The translations under genes were made by a program, and so were the position numbers. From positions 1 through 40,802 of the forward strand of contig CANQVR010000003.1 of the NCBI GenBank assembly GCA_947627375.1: a DNA stretch of 40,802 bases. The letters run 5' to 3'. Under the pieces are notes generated by a model. The model was not told the origin of the DNA. It did not search any database and worked only from the letters and a program-made list of their open reading frames with translations. The DNA is from an uncultured Bacilli bacterium (GTDB lineage: Bacteria; Bacillota_I; Bacilli_A; RF39; UBA660). Shown one piece after another: positions 27,736 through 37,339 of this stretch; position 1 is the stretch's first letter; the number at the start of each line of letters is the position of its first letter.

Positions 27736-28731
27736 ATGTTAGCAAAAAATATAGGTATTGACTTAGGAACAGCCAATGTATTAATTTATGTAAAAGATCA
27801 AGGGATTGTGCTAAATGAGCCTAGCATTGTAGCAATAGATACTGAAACAAAAAGAGTAATTGCCGTTGGACGTGAAGCAAATGATATGTTAGGGAGAACT
27901 CCAGGAAAAGTAAAAGCTATTAAGCCTATGAAAGACGGAGTTATTGCGGATTTTGAAATCACTGAAATAATGTTAAATACTTTTATTAAAAAGATTAAAG
28001 CTAAATCTATTTTCACTCGTCCTAAAATATTAATATGTTGTCCATCTAATATTACTCCTGTTGAAAAAAATGCTATACGTGAAGCAGCAGAAAGAACAGG
28101 AGCTAAAAAAGTTTATATTGAAGAAGAACCTAAAGTTGCAGCTATAGGGGCAGGTATGGATATTTCTAAACCAACTGCTAATATGGTTATCGATATCGGT
28201 GGAGGAACTACTGATATTGCAATACTTTCACTTGATGATATAGTAAATTCTACATCTATTAGATGTGCTGGTAATGTATTTGATCAAGATATTATTAAAT
28301 ATATTAAGGATAAGTACAAATTACTTATTGGAGATCCAACAGCTGAAGATATTAAGATTAATTTTGGTAATGTATTTAATCCTAGTAAAAAGGAAACTAT
28401 GGAGATTAAAGGAAGAAATTTAGTTACTGGTCTTCCACATACTATAACTATTACTCAAAATGAAACTTTAGATGCTTTACGTGAAAGTATTTATAAAATT
28501 ATCAAGGCAACTACTAATGTTTTAGAACAAACACCTCCTGAGTTATCTGCAGATATTGTCGATAAAGGCATTGTTTTAACTGGAGGAGGAGCAATGATAA
28601 AGGGGTTACCAGAACTTTTGTCGAAAGAATTAGAAGTACCTGTATTTATTGCAGATGATCCACTAACTTGTGTTGCAAATGGAACAGGTGTACTTTTAGA
28701 AAATGTTGGTAAATTAGAAGAAGAAAATTAA
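27736..28731 (+). CDS. mbl: MreB-like rod shape protein Mbl
   Basis: GIDLGTAN, NEPS, DIGGGTT, TPPELSADI, LTGGG; follows spoIIID. Confidence 0.93.
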   Translation: MLAKNIGIDLGTANVLIYVKDQGIVLNEPSIVAIDTETKRVIAVGREANDMLGRTPGKVKAIKPMKDGVIADFEITEIMLNTFIKKIKAKSIFTRPKILICCPSNITPVEKNAIREAAERTGAKKVYIEEEPKVAAIGAGMDISKPTANMVIDIGGGTTDIAILSLDDIVNSTSIRCAGNVFDQDIIKYIKDKYKLLIGDPTAEDIKINFGNVFNPSKKETMEIKGRNLVTGLPHTITITQNETLDALRESIYKIIKATTNVLEQTPPELSADIVDKGIVLTGGGAMIKGLPELLSKELEVPVFIADDPLTCVANGTGVLLENVGKLEEEN

Positions 28732-28924
28732 TATAAATTTGATTTGTTTTGAAGGAATTTGGTAAAAAAAACCAAAAAAAATAAATTTTTTTCAAAAAAC
28801 ACTTGATTTTTAGGCAGAAGTTTTGTACTATATGTAAACTTCTGTAATTTTTTTGTTTTATTATAGAATTTTATTTGATATAATTTATTTAGATTATATT
28901 AAATAAAAGAAATGAGGTATCGAT

Positions 28925-30022
28925 ATGCAATATGAAGTTTTAAATGCACTAAGAATAGTCGGAATTACATTTTTATTTTCGGTTGCAATCATGCCCTTAA
29001 TGAAGAAAATTGCAGTCCATATTGGAGCACTTGATGTTCCAAGGAGTGAAGAAGGACATAGACATATTCATAAAAAGACCGTGCCTAAACTTGGAGGTGT
29101 CGGTATTTTCTTGTCGTTCCTTCTTGGTTATATGCTATTTGGCGAACAAAGTTTACGTATGAATTCTATTTTAATAGGAAGTTTTATTGTCGTTTTAACG
29201 GGCATCATTGATGATATTAAACCTATAAGAGCTTATCAAAAACTACTCGGTCACTTAATTGCAGCTTGTGTGATTGTTTTTTATGGAGGAATATTATTAA
29301 GTGATATTACAGCTTTTGGATTTTATATTAATTTTGGTAAATGGGCTTATCCTATAACAATATTTTTTATTGTAGCTTGTACCAATATTATTAATCTTAT
29401 CGATGGTCTCGATGGCTTAAGTGGCGGAATTTGTTGTATATTTTATTTGACAATAGGTATAATCGGATTTTATCAAGCAAGATATGGGAGTTTGGTAATG
29501 TTACTAACTTTTATTATGCTAGGCTCTACATTTGGCTTTTTGATGCATAATTTTTATCCTGCGAAAATTTTTGCTGGAGATTGTGCTACATTTATGGGAT
29601 TTATTATTTCTATTATAACTTTATTGGAATTTAAGGGAGCCGCACTTACTTCACTTTTTGTTCCGTTAATGATTTTGGGAATACCTATATTAGATACATC
29701 TTTTGCTATAATTAGGAGGTTATTAAAAGGACAGCCTATTTTTGCGCCGGATAAAGAGCATATTCACCACCAATTGTTAGGGATGAATTTTTCTCAGAAA
29801 ACTACAGTACTGATTATTTACGGTATAAATATTTTATTTGCTCTGGCATCTATCTTTTATATATTAAAAGATCCGATGCTTGGTAGGATTATTTATATTA
29901 TATTATTTATAATAGTAGCTTGGTTTGTCTTTAGAACAACGATTATTTCTGAAAAAAATAAAAAGATAACTGATAGAATTAAGTCTAAATTGAGAGCTTT
30001 TAGGCATGATATTAAGAAGTAA
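28925..30022 (+). CDS. tagO: Undecaprenyl-phosphate GlcNAc-1-phosphate transferase (TagO/WecA)
   Basis: HIH..P.LGG, GIIDD, NLIDGLDGL, PAKIFAGD, PDKEHIHH. Confidence 0.92.
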   Translation: MQYEVLNALRIVGITFLFSVAIMPLMKKIAVHIGALDVPRSEEGHRHIHKKTVPKLGGVGIFLSFLLGYMLFGEQSLRMNSILIGSFIVVLTGIIDDIKPIRAYQKLLGHLIAACVIVFYGGILLSDITAFGFYINFGKWAYPITIFFIVACTNIINLIDGLDGLSGGICCIFYLTIGIIGFYQARYGSLVMLLTFIMLGSTFGFLMHNFYPAKIFAGDCATFMGFIISIITLLEFKGAALTSLFVPLMILGIPILDTSFAIIRRLLKGQPIFAPDKEHIHHQLLGMNFSQKTTVLIIYGINILFALASIFYILKDPMLGRIIYIILFIIVAWFVFRTTIISEKNKKITDRIKSKLRAFRHDIKK

Positions 30023-30056
30023 CTACATCCCAAAAATAAAGTAGTTACTTTTTATT
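30017..30056 (+). terminator. Intrinsic terminator after tagO
   Basis: AAGTAACTAC...GTAGTTACTT 10-bp stem followed by a T-run. Confidence 0.65.
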
Positions 30057-30100
30057 TGAATTAAAGGAGTAGTAAAAAATAATGTAGGAAGGGTGAGATA

Positions 30101-30829
30101 ATGATCAATTTCATAGTAGTTGATGATGATAGAACATATTTAAAGAATATGTGTAATATCATTGAAAAATTTATTGTTAATTATGATTTTGATTACGAAA
30201 TTTTTACTTTTACTAAGTATGATGATGAGTTTGAAAAGATAGTTAAAAGTGATAGAGGTTTTAAAATTTATTTACTTGATATTGAAACTCCTAATGGTAC
30301 TGGTCTTGATGCTTCTAGAATGATTAGAGAAGATTATGACGATTGGATTTCAATTATTTTAATAGTTACTTCTTATGGTGAGTATAAAATGGAAGTTTTC
30401 GCTAAGAGACTTTATATATCATCTTTTATTCATAAGAGTGAAGACGGAAAAGAAGTTATTATTGAAGAATTAGGAAAAGCTATAAAGAATTATGATAATA
30501 GACCTAAAAGTATAAGAGTAAAATCTCATAACGTTGTTAGTACTATTGAATACAGAAATATAATTAATATTGAGAAAATAATCGATAGTAAAAAATGTCT
30601 TATCAGAACTACTTCAGGTAATAAAATTTATCAAGGAAGTTTAAAAACAATTATGAAAAAGTTAGATGATAAAAGATTTATTCAAGTTCATAAAAGTTTA
30701 ATTGTCAATGAGGATTATATTGATTATTTTCTTAAAAAAGAGAATAAATTGGTTTTTAAGAATGGTAGTTTTACTTATGATGTTTCTAGAGATAAGAAGA
30801 AGGAGTTGAAACAGTATGTTAATGACTAA
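30101..30829 (+). CDS. LytTR (AgrA-like) response regulator
   Basis: VVDDD, LLDIE, TS, conserved K; LytTR motif FIQVHKSLIVN and VSR. Confidence 0.9.
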   Translation: MINFIVVDDDRTYLKNMCNIIEKFIVNYDFDYEIFTFTKYDDEFEKIVKSDRGFKIYLLDIETPNGTGLDASRMIREDYDDWISIILIVTSYGEYKMEVFAKRLYISSFIHKSEDGKEVIIEELGKAIKNYDNRPKSIRVKSHNVVSTIEYRNIINIEKIIDSKKCLIRTTSGNKIYQGSLKTIMKKLDDKRFIQVHKSLIVNEDYIDYFLKKENKLVFKNGSFTYDVSRDKKKELKQYVND

Positions 30830-32078
30830 TATTATTTGTTGTGTATTAAATACGATTTTGGGTTTTATAATTATTAGAGATTTAACTAATAATTCATGTA
30901 AGTTATTTAATATTAATAATTTAATACAAATAAGTATTTTAGTAATTCTATCAGTTCTTTTATATAGTGTTCGGTATAATCCTATTTATACTTTGAGTGT
31001 TTATGTCTTTTCTATTATTATATATAAATATATATTTGATGAAGATCTTTTTAATATAATTATTTTAGTCAGTATATTTTTTCTCTTAATGTTGATGTCT
31101 GATATTATAGTATCATGTTTATCGATGTATTTTATAAATATTAAATCAGTACGAGGTGTATGGTATTTAAAACTATTTGGTAATATTGCAGTAGTAGTGT
31201 TAACTTTTTTAGTTTATAATATCCATGCAGTTAAAATTTATTTTAAAAGTTATATTTCTAAACTTGATAATAATAAGAAAACATCGACCATTATATTTTT
31301 TTTACTACTTATGATTATATGTGTTTATATGTTGTATAATATTTCTGTTGTACATGGATTTGATAGTAATTATTTAGTTGATTTGATTGTTTTAAGTGCA
31401 TTTTTCTTTTTAGTAATTATTTTTATAAATGAAAAGAATAATTATTATAAATTAGAATCTGAATATGAAAATTTATTTAATTTTGCACAGGAATTTGAAG
31501 AAAGAATAGAAAACGAGGAGTATAAAAATCATGAATATAAAAACCAGTTAGCAATTTTAATTGGTTTAAGTGATGATAAAGAAGTAATAGATGCTATTCA
31601 CAGTTTTATAGAAAAAAATAAATTTGTAGAAGAAGAATGGATTAAAGGACTTAGATATCTTCCTAAAAGTATATTAAAAGGATTAATTTTTTATAAGTTT
31701 TCTATTGCTAAGAAGAATAATATTAATATTGCAATCGATGTAAGTCATAAAGCTATATCTTTAGTTGAAAAATTAAATGATCAACAATTACAAGTTTTAT
31801 GTAGTTTACTTAATATTTATTTTGATAAAGCCATAGATAATGCTACTAAGACTGAGGATAAAAATATATTATTAGAAATATATATTAAAAAGGGTAAATT
31901 AAATATTACTATTACTAGTAGTATTTTAGAAAATATGAAGATTGATAAAATATATATAAGGAAAAAAGGGTTTAAACTTTTAGAACAGATTCTTTATAGA
32001 AATTATGAATGGATTAACATTGGTCAAAAGATAATTGATGATAATTATTATGTTCAAGAAATTGAAATAAAAAATTAA
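30816..32078 (+). CDS. AgrC-like membrane sensor kinase with degenerate ATP-binding domain
   Basis: 6-7 TM segments, H-box HEYKNQL, GLIFYK, altered N-box FDKAID, no clear G boxes. Confidence 0.8.
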   Translation: MLMTNIICCVLNTILGFIIIRDLTNNSCKLFNINNLIQISILVILSVLLYSVRYNPIYTLSVYVFSIIIYKYIFDEDLFNIIILVSIFFLLMLMSDIIVSCLSMYFINIKSVRGVWYLKLFGNIAVVVLTFLVYNIHAVKIYFKSYISKLDNNKKTSTIIFFLLLMIICVYMLYNISVVHGFDSNYLVDLIVLSAFFFLVIIFINEKNNYYKLESEYENLFNFAQEFEERIENEEYKNHEYKNQLAILIGLSDDKEVIDAIHSFIEKNKFVEEEWIKGLRYLPKSILKGLIFYKFSIAKKNNINIAIDVSHKAISLVEKLNDQQLQVLCSLLNIYFDKAIDNATKTEDKNILLEIYIKKGKLNITITSSILENMKIDKIYIRKKGFKLLEQILYRNYEWINIGQKIIDDNYYVQEIEIKN

Positions 32079-32222
32079 AAAAATGCATTTCGCGGCCTAA
32101 AAACGACAATTGAGGGAAAAATTATTTTTTTAGCTTATTCATATGATAAAGTGATAATAACATCTGAGAAGAAAGCATATCTAGAAAAAAAGCAAAAAAA
32201 ATAATAGAAGGTGAGGTGCGAA

Positions 32223-32441
32223 GTGATTAGTAGAGTCAAGTGGTTCAATAACGAAAAAGGTTATGGCTTTATTGAATATAAAGATAATCAAGATGTCTTT
32301 GTGCATTATTCTGCAATTCAAACTGATGGTTATAAAACTTTATCTGAGGGACAATTAGTTAGTTTCAAGATGATAGAAACAGTTAAAGGATTACAAGCTT
32401 TGAATGTAACTTTAGTCGAAGACAATATGACTACAAACTAG
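32223..32441 (+). CDS. Cold-shock domain protein
   Basis: [27 protein letters not shown]; SD GAGGTG before GTG32223. Confidence 0.95.
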   Translation: MISRVKWFNNEKGYGFIEYKDNQDVFVHYSAIQTDGYKTLSEGQLVSFKMIETVKGLQALNVTLVEDNMTTN

Positions 32442-32533
32442 TGTAGTCTTTTTTTATTAAATAATAAATTTTAGTTTATTGATTTATCCATTTATTCTAT
32501 GTTATAATTGGTCTATATATAGGAGGGATTTTT

Positions 32534-33064
32534 ATGGAAATCGTAATAAGAGGTGACAAATTAAAAGTTACCGATTCAATGAAAAAATATATTGAAGAGA
32601 AAATAAGTAAGCTTGAAAAATATTTACAAAAAAGTGAAGATGTAAGAGCGATGGTAGTAGTAAAGATTAGAAATCACAAACAAGTAATAGAAGTTACTAT
32701 TCCTTTAAAATCTTTAATCTTAAGAAGTGAAGAAGCTCAAGAAGATATTTATGCTGCAGTTGATGTGGCTATTGATAAACTAGAAAGACAAATTAGAAAA
32801 AATAAAACTAAATTAATGGCAAGACAAACTAAAAATGTACAACCTGAGTTTTATATGGAAAAAATAGAAGATGAAGAAAGAGAAAAAAGTGTAGTTGTTA
32901 AAAGAAAATTAATCGAGGTAAAACCTATGAGTGAAGAGGAAGCTATTTTACAACTAGAACTTTTAGGACATCAGTTTTATATGTATAAAGATAGTGATAC
33001 TATGAAACCAGTTGTTGTTTATAAGAGAAAAGATGGAGGATATGGGATAATTGAATCAGAATAG
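32534..33064 (+). CDS. hpf: Long ribosome hibernation promoting factor
   Basis: EVTIP, DIYAAVD..DKLERQIRKNK, PMSEEEAILQ, YKRKDG.YG. Confidence 0.96.
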   Translation: MEIVIRGDKLKVTDSMKKYIEEKISKLEKYLQKSEDVRAMVVVKIRNHKQVIEVTIPLKSLILRSEEAQEDIYAAVDVAIDKLERQIRKNKTKLMARQTKNVQPEFYMEKIEDEEREKSVVVKRKLIEVKPMSEEEAILQLELLGHQFYMYKDSDTMKPVVVYKRKDGGYGIIESE

Positions 33065-33126
33065 AAGAAATATCTTTTATTCTTTTTTCTTTTTTGTTAT
33101 AATATCTAAATGAGGAGATGATTCTT

Positions 33127-35616
33127 ATGAACATGTTAAAAAAGTTATTTGATCATGAATATAAAGAATTAAAGAAATTTACAAAGATTGCAGATTCTAT
33201 AGTAGCACTTGATAATGAAATGCAAAAACTTACTGATACTGAATTGGTTGCTAAAACTGAAGAATTTAAAAATAGGCTACAAAATAATGAAACATTAGAT
33301 GATATTTTAGTAGAAGCTTTTGCTGTAGCAAGAGAGGCTGCTTTTCGTGTTATTGGAGAGAAACCTTTTTATGTTCAAATACTAGGAGCACTTGCTATTC
33401 ATTATGGTAATATTGCTGAAATGAAAACTGGTGAAGGTAAAACATTGACTAGTGTACTTCCTGCTTATTTGAATGCTTTAACAGGAGAAGGAGTTCATAT
33501 TGTTACTGTAAATGAATACTTGGCAGGACGTGATGCTGAATGGATGGGAGGAATCCATCGTTTTTTAGGACTTACTGTAGGAGTTAATACTAGAGATTTG
33601 AGTCCAAAAGAAAAACAAGAGCAATATGCATGTGATATTTTATATTCTACTAATAATGAAATTGGTTTTGATTATTTAAGAGATAATATGGTTGTAAAAA
33701 GTGAAGATAGAGTTCAAAGACCGCTTAACTTTGCTATTATCGATGAGGTTGATTCGGTTTTAATTGATGAAGCTCGTACACCACTTATTATTTCAGGTGG
33801 ACAAATGTCTAGTGCTAATCTTTATCAAGAAGCAGATAGATTTTCAAAAGGGTTGAAAGAGAATGAAGATTACATTTACGATGAAAAAACAAAAAGCGTT
33901 AGTTTGACTGAAAACGGAAGCGATAAAGCTGAAAAAATGTTTGGAATAAACAATTTATATGATTTAAGCAATGCAACTCTTGTTCATTATATTAATCAAG
34001 CATTACGTGCTAATTATTCTATGGTAAGAGATGTTGATTATGTAGTACAAGATGGAGAGATTGTAATAGTTGATCAATTTACTGGACGTCTTATGAAAGG
34101 ACGTGCTTATTCTGATGGTCTTCATCAAGCAATTGAAGCTAAAGAAGGTGTTGAAATTAACGAAGAGACTAAGACACTTGCAACTATAACTTTCCAAAAC
34201 TTATTTAGAATGTATAAAAAACTTTCAGGTATGACTGGTACTGCTAAGACTGAAGAAGAAGAATTTAGAAATATTTATAATATGTATGTTATTGAAATAC
34301 CAACTAATAAACCTGTAATTCGTATTGATGCGCCTGATTTAGTTTATGCAACAAAAGAAGCTAAATATAAAGCCATCATAGAAACTGTTAAAGAATGTTA
34401 TACTAAAGGACAACCTGTATTAATTGGTACAATTGCTATTGAGACAAGTGAACTTATTAGTAGTTTATTAAAAAAAGCAGGTATTCCACATGAAGTATTG
34501 AATGCTAAAAATCATGCTCGTGAAGCAGATATCATTGCGGGTATTGGATTACATAAATCAGTAACAATAGCTACTAATATGGCTGGTCGTGGTACTGATA
34601 TTAAACTTTCAGATGAAATTAGAGCGTTAGGAGGACTTTTTGTACTAGGTACTGAGCGTCACGAATCTCGTCGTATCGACAATCAGTTACGTGGACGTTC
34701 TGGTCGTCAAGGAGATCCTGGATATACACAATTTTTCGTATCTATGCAAGATGATTTAATGATTCGTTTCGGTTCTGATAGAATTATGAATTTAATGCAA
34801 ACAATGGGCTTAGGAGATCAAGCGATTCAAAGTAAAACATTTACTAAATCAATAGGTACTGCTCAAACTCGTGTTGAAGGAAATAACTTTGATATTCGTA
34901 AACAATTACTTCAATATGATGATGTTATGAATAATCAAAGAGAAATTATTTATCGTAAAAGAAATGAAATCTTAGATAATGAATCTATTCATGAGACTAC
35001 TCTTGATTCTATGAGACATCATATTGAAGATTTAGTAAAATCACATTTAATGCCTGAAGGAGAAATTACTGAGGATGATATTAAAGAAATAATTGAAGCT
35101 GCTAATGAAAATTTACTTAAAAAAGATGTTAAAAGAAGTGATTTTGAAAATTTAGATGCAGAAGATATTATCGATAAACTTTATAAATTAATTTCAGCTG
35201 AGTATGAGGAAAAGGTTAGTGAAATACCTGATGAAGTAAAAGATGAATTTGAAAAAGCAATTTCTCTTCAAGTAATTGATCGTTATTGGATGGAACATAT
35301 TAATACAATGTCTCATTTAAGAGAAGGAATACATTTACGTGGTTATGCTCAAGAAGATCCTCTTCGTGCATATACTATGGAAGGTTTTGAAATGTTTGAT
35401 GGAATGATGCAAAATATTGATAAAGATATTACGATATTTTTACTTAAAGCAGAAATACATCAAAATATAGAAAGAAAGGCTGTGGCAAAGAAAACTACTA
35501 CTAATGAAGCAAAAGAAGATCATAAACAAAGACCTAAAAGAGTTAAAAAAGTAGGAAGAAATGAACCTTGTCCATGTGGGTCAGGGAAGAAATATAAACA
35601 TTGTCATGGGAAATAA
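33127..35616 (+). CDS. secA: Preprotein translocase ATPase SecA
   Basis: MKTGEGKT, DEVD, ATNMAGRGTDI, QLRGRSGRQGDPG, SEC-C CPCGSGKKYKHCH. Confidence 0.98.
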   Translation: MNMLKKLFDHEYKELKKFTKIADSIVALDNEMQKLTDTELVAKTEEFKNRLQNNETLDDILVEAFAVAREAAFRVIGEKPFYVQILGALAIHYGNIAEMKTGEGKTLTSVLPAYLNALTGEGVHIVTVNEYLAGRDAEWMGGIHRFLGLTVGVNTRDLSPKEKQEQYACDILYSTNNEIGFDYLRDNMVVKSEDRVQRPLNFAIIDEVDSVLIDEARTPLIISGGQMSSANLYQEADRFSKGLKENEDYIYDEKTKSVSLTENGSDKAEKMFGINNLYDLSNATLVHYINQALRANYSMVRDVDYVVQDGEIVIVDQFTGRLMKGRAYSDGLHQAIEAKEGVEINEETKTLATITFQNLFRMYKKLSGMTGTAKTEEEEFRNIYNMYVIEIPTNKPVIRIDAPDLVYATKEAKYKAIIETVKECYTKGQPVLIGTIAIETSELISSLLKKAGIPHEVLNAKNHAREADIIAGIGLHKSVTIATNMAGRGTDIKLSDEIRALGGLFVLGTERHESRRIDNQLRGRSGRQGDPGYTQFFVSMQDDLMIRFGSDRIMNLMQTMGLGDQAIQSKTFTKSIGTAQTRVEGNNFDIRKQLLQYDDVMNNQREIIYRKRNEILDNESIHETTLDSMRHHIEDLVKSHLMPEGEITEDDIKEIIEAANENLLKKDVKRSDFENLDAEDIIDKLYKLISAEYEEKVSEIPDEVKDEFEKAISLQVIDRYWMEHINTMSHLREGIHLRGYAQEDPLRAYTMEGFEMFDGMMQNIDKDITIFLLKAEIHQNIERKAVAKKTTTNEAKEDHKQRPKRVKKVGRNEPCPCGSGKKYKHCHGK

Positions 35617-35622
35617 GATAAA

Positions 35623-35660
35623 AAAAGAATGTCACTAATTATAAATAGTTGACATCTTTT
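35623..35660 (+). terminator. Intrinsic terminator after secA
   Basis: AAAAGA-ATGTCA-CTA...TAG-TTGACAT-CTTTT imperfect stem. Confidence 0.55.
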
Positions 35661-35681
35661 ATGTTTTAGGAGGTTTAATAA

Positions 35682-35993
35682 ATGGATAATAGAGATAATT
35701 CTAATAATGTTGTTATTTATCAATCAGATGATGGAGTTACAAAAATTGATGTTAAATTAGAAAAAGAAACAGTTTGGTTATCTCAACAACAAATGGCATT
35801 ACTTTTTAAAACTTCAAGAATAAATATTATTGAACATATAAACAATATATATTTAGAAGAAGAATTGGATAAAAGTTCAACATGTCAAAATTTCCGACAG
35901 GTTCGAAAAGAAGTAAGTGAAAAATTCGAACAAACAATTTCTTCAAAAGTTATTAAACAAATTATAAATAAAAGGATTAAAGTCATTGACTAA
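35682..35993 (+). pseudogene. Truncated RhuM-family (virulence RhuM-like) N-terminal fragment
   Basis: IYQSDDG..I.V..E.ETVWLSQQQMA.LF..EHI.NIY.E.EL; similarity ends near FRQVRKE, before the usual YNLD..ISVGYRV motif. Confidence 0.75.
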
Positions 35994-36014
35994 AGATACC
36001 GTTTGCGGTACAAT
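35986..36014 (+). promoter_or_regulatory. Sigma-A promoter of the Fic gene with an internal palindromic operator
   Basis: TTGACT, 17 nt, TACAAT; TACCG-TTTG-CGGTA at 35997-36010. Confidence 0.7.
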
Positions 36015-36034
36015 TATTTTGAGAGGTGATATCT

Positions 36035-36958
36035 ATGGAATTTATGACTACAAAAGAGGCTACCCAAAAATGGAATATTAGTGAAAGAAGAATAAGAAAA
36101 TTATTAAAAGAGGGAAGAATAGAAGGTGCAGTCAAAAACGGAAATAGTTGGAATATTCCAATTGATGCATTAAAACCAGTTGATAAAAGGATTATAAAAC
36201 CTAATCATAATGATTTTATTATTAATTTACCAAATAACTTTTTTGATGAAGTAGACAATTTAAAAAAAGAACTTGATAATAAAAGACCTATACCAAAAGA
36301 TACACTTAGAACTCTACAAGAAAAAATCAATTTGGAATGGACTTATAACAGTAATGGTATAGAAGGAAATACTTTGACGCTTAGAGAAACTCAAGTAGTT
36401 TTAGAAGGAATTACTGTTGGAGGTAAATCGATAAAGGAACACTTAGAAGCTATAAATCACGAACACGCAATTTTATTTTTAAATGATTTAGTAAAGGATG
36501 ATAACCCAATTACTGAATTGAACATTAAAAATATACACACTCTTATATTAAAGGAAATTGATGAAAACGCAGGAAGATATAGAAATGAAAATGTAACTAT
36601 AAAAGGAGCAACTCATATTCCTCCAGATTTTGTAAAAGTGCCTGAGTTAATGGAAAAATTAATTTTAAATTATAAAACTTGGAATAAATATCATCCAATA
36701 ATTCAAGCTACGCTATTGCATGGTGAACTTGTTAAAATTCATCCTTTTGTTGATGGAAATGGAAGAACATCAAGATTAATTATGAATTTAGATTTAATGA
36801 AGCATGGGTTTAACCCTGTAATTATAAAAAAAGAAAATAGGCTACAATATTATGAAGCTTTAGATAAAGCTCATACAACGAAAGATTATACTGATTTTAT
36901 CAAATTGATAAATGGATTAGAGATAGAAATGTTAAAGAAATATTTAGAATTATTGTAA
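36035..36958 (+). CDS. HTH-Fic fusion protein (class II Fic)
   Basis: N-terminal excisionase-like HTH (TTKEA..W.ISERRI..GRI.GA.K.G..W.IP), inhibitory SNGIEGN, catalytic HPFVDGNGRTSR. Confidence 0.93.
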   Translation: MEFMTTKEATQKWNISERRIRKLLKEGRIEGAVKNGNSWNIPIDALKPVDKRIIKPNHNDFIINLPNNFFDEVDNLKKELDNKRPIPKDTLRTLQEKINLEWTYNSNGIEGNTLTLRETQVVLEGITVGGKSIKEHLEAINHEHAILFLNDLVKDDNPITELNIKNIHTLILKEIDENAGRYRNENVTIKGATHIPPDFVKVPELMEKLILNYKTWNKYHPIIQATLLHGELVKIHPFVDGNGRTSRLIMNLDLMKHGFNPVIIKKENRLQYYEALDKAHTTKDYTDFIKLINGLEIEMLKKYLELL

Positions 36959-36970
36959 GAGGAGTTTTTA

Positions 36971-37071
36971 ATGAATCAAACCAAAGAAAAAAACAAAATA
37001 AGATATTAAAAGTTATTTATTATGATGAAAATGCTGCTATGGATTATGTAACAATAAGTAATAATAAATAA
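36971..37071 (+). pseudogene. Frameshifted 5' gene remnant
   Basis: SD GAGGAG + ATG; frameshift in the A7 run 36987-36993; restored peptide MNQTKEKKQNKILKVIYYDENAAMDYVTISNNK*. Confidence 0.45.
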
Positions 37072-37223
37072 TCGGAAAATAGTAATCTTACGATGTGATT
37101 AGATTTAGAAAAACTATGATATAATTTATATAATTTTGCCATTAACTTAGAAACTTTACAAAATCAAATAAATGCTAAAGATAAAATTTTAATTGATTAA
37201 AATACAAATAAGATATAGTCATA

Positions 37224-37273
37224 TCAATAAATAGATGTGATCATACTATAAATGATTAACATCTATTTATTGA
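37224..37273. repeat. Long inverted repeat / hairpin
   Basis: TCAATAAATAGATGT / ACATCTATTTATTGA perfect 15 bp plus inner GATCAT/ATGATT. Confidence 0.85.
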
Positions 37274-37339
37274 GTATATAAAAATTATAAAAAAAATGTT
37301 ATAATTATATGGAATTATAAATTAATGGAGTGATAATGA

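Noticed and set aside
30972-30974. Possible arginine codon reassignment, as reported in some uncultured Bacilli
   Set aside because: AGG encodes conserved Arg (ParB QPR, YchF ER) and conserved Trp is TGG; the one in-frame CGG I noticed is at a non-conserved site
1800-34197. Short antisense ORFs (1800, 2077, 3477, 10670, 12788, 13473, 15891, 18330, 23102, 25057, 27798, 34003)
   Set aside because: Shadows of well-supported genes on the opposite strand, with no SD or recognisable motifs
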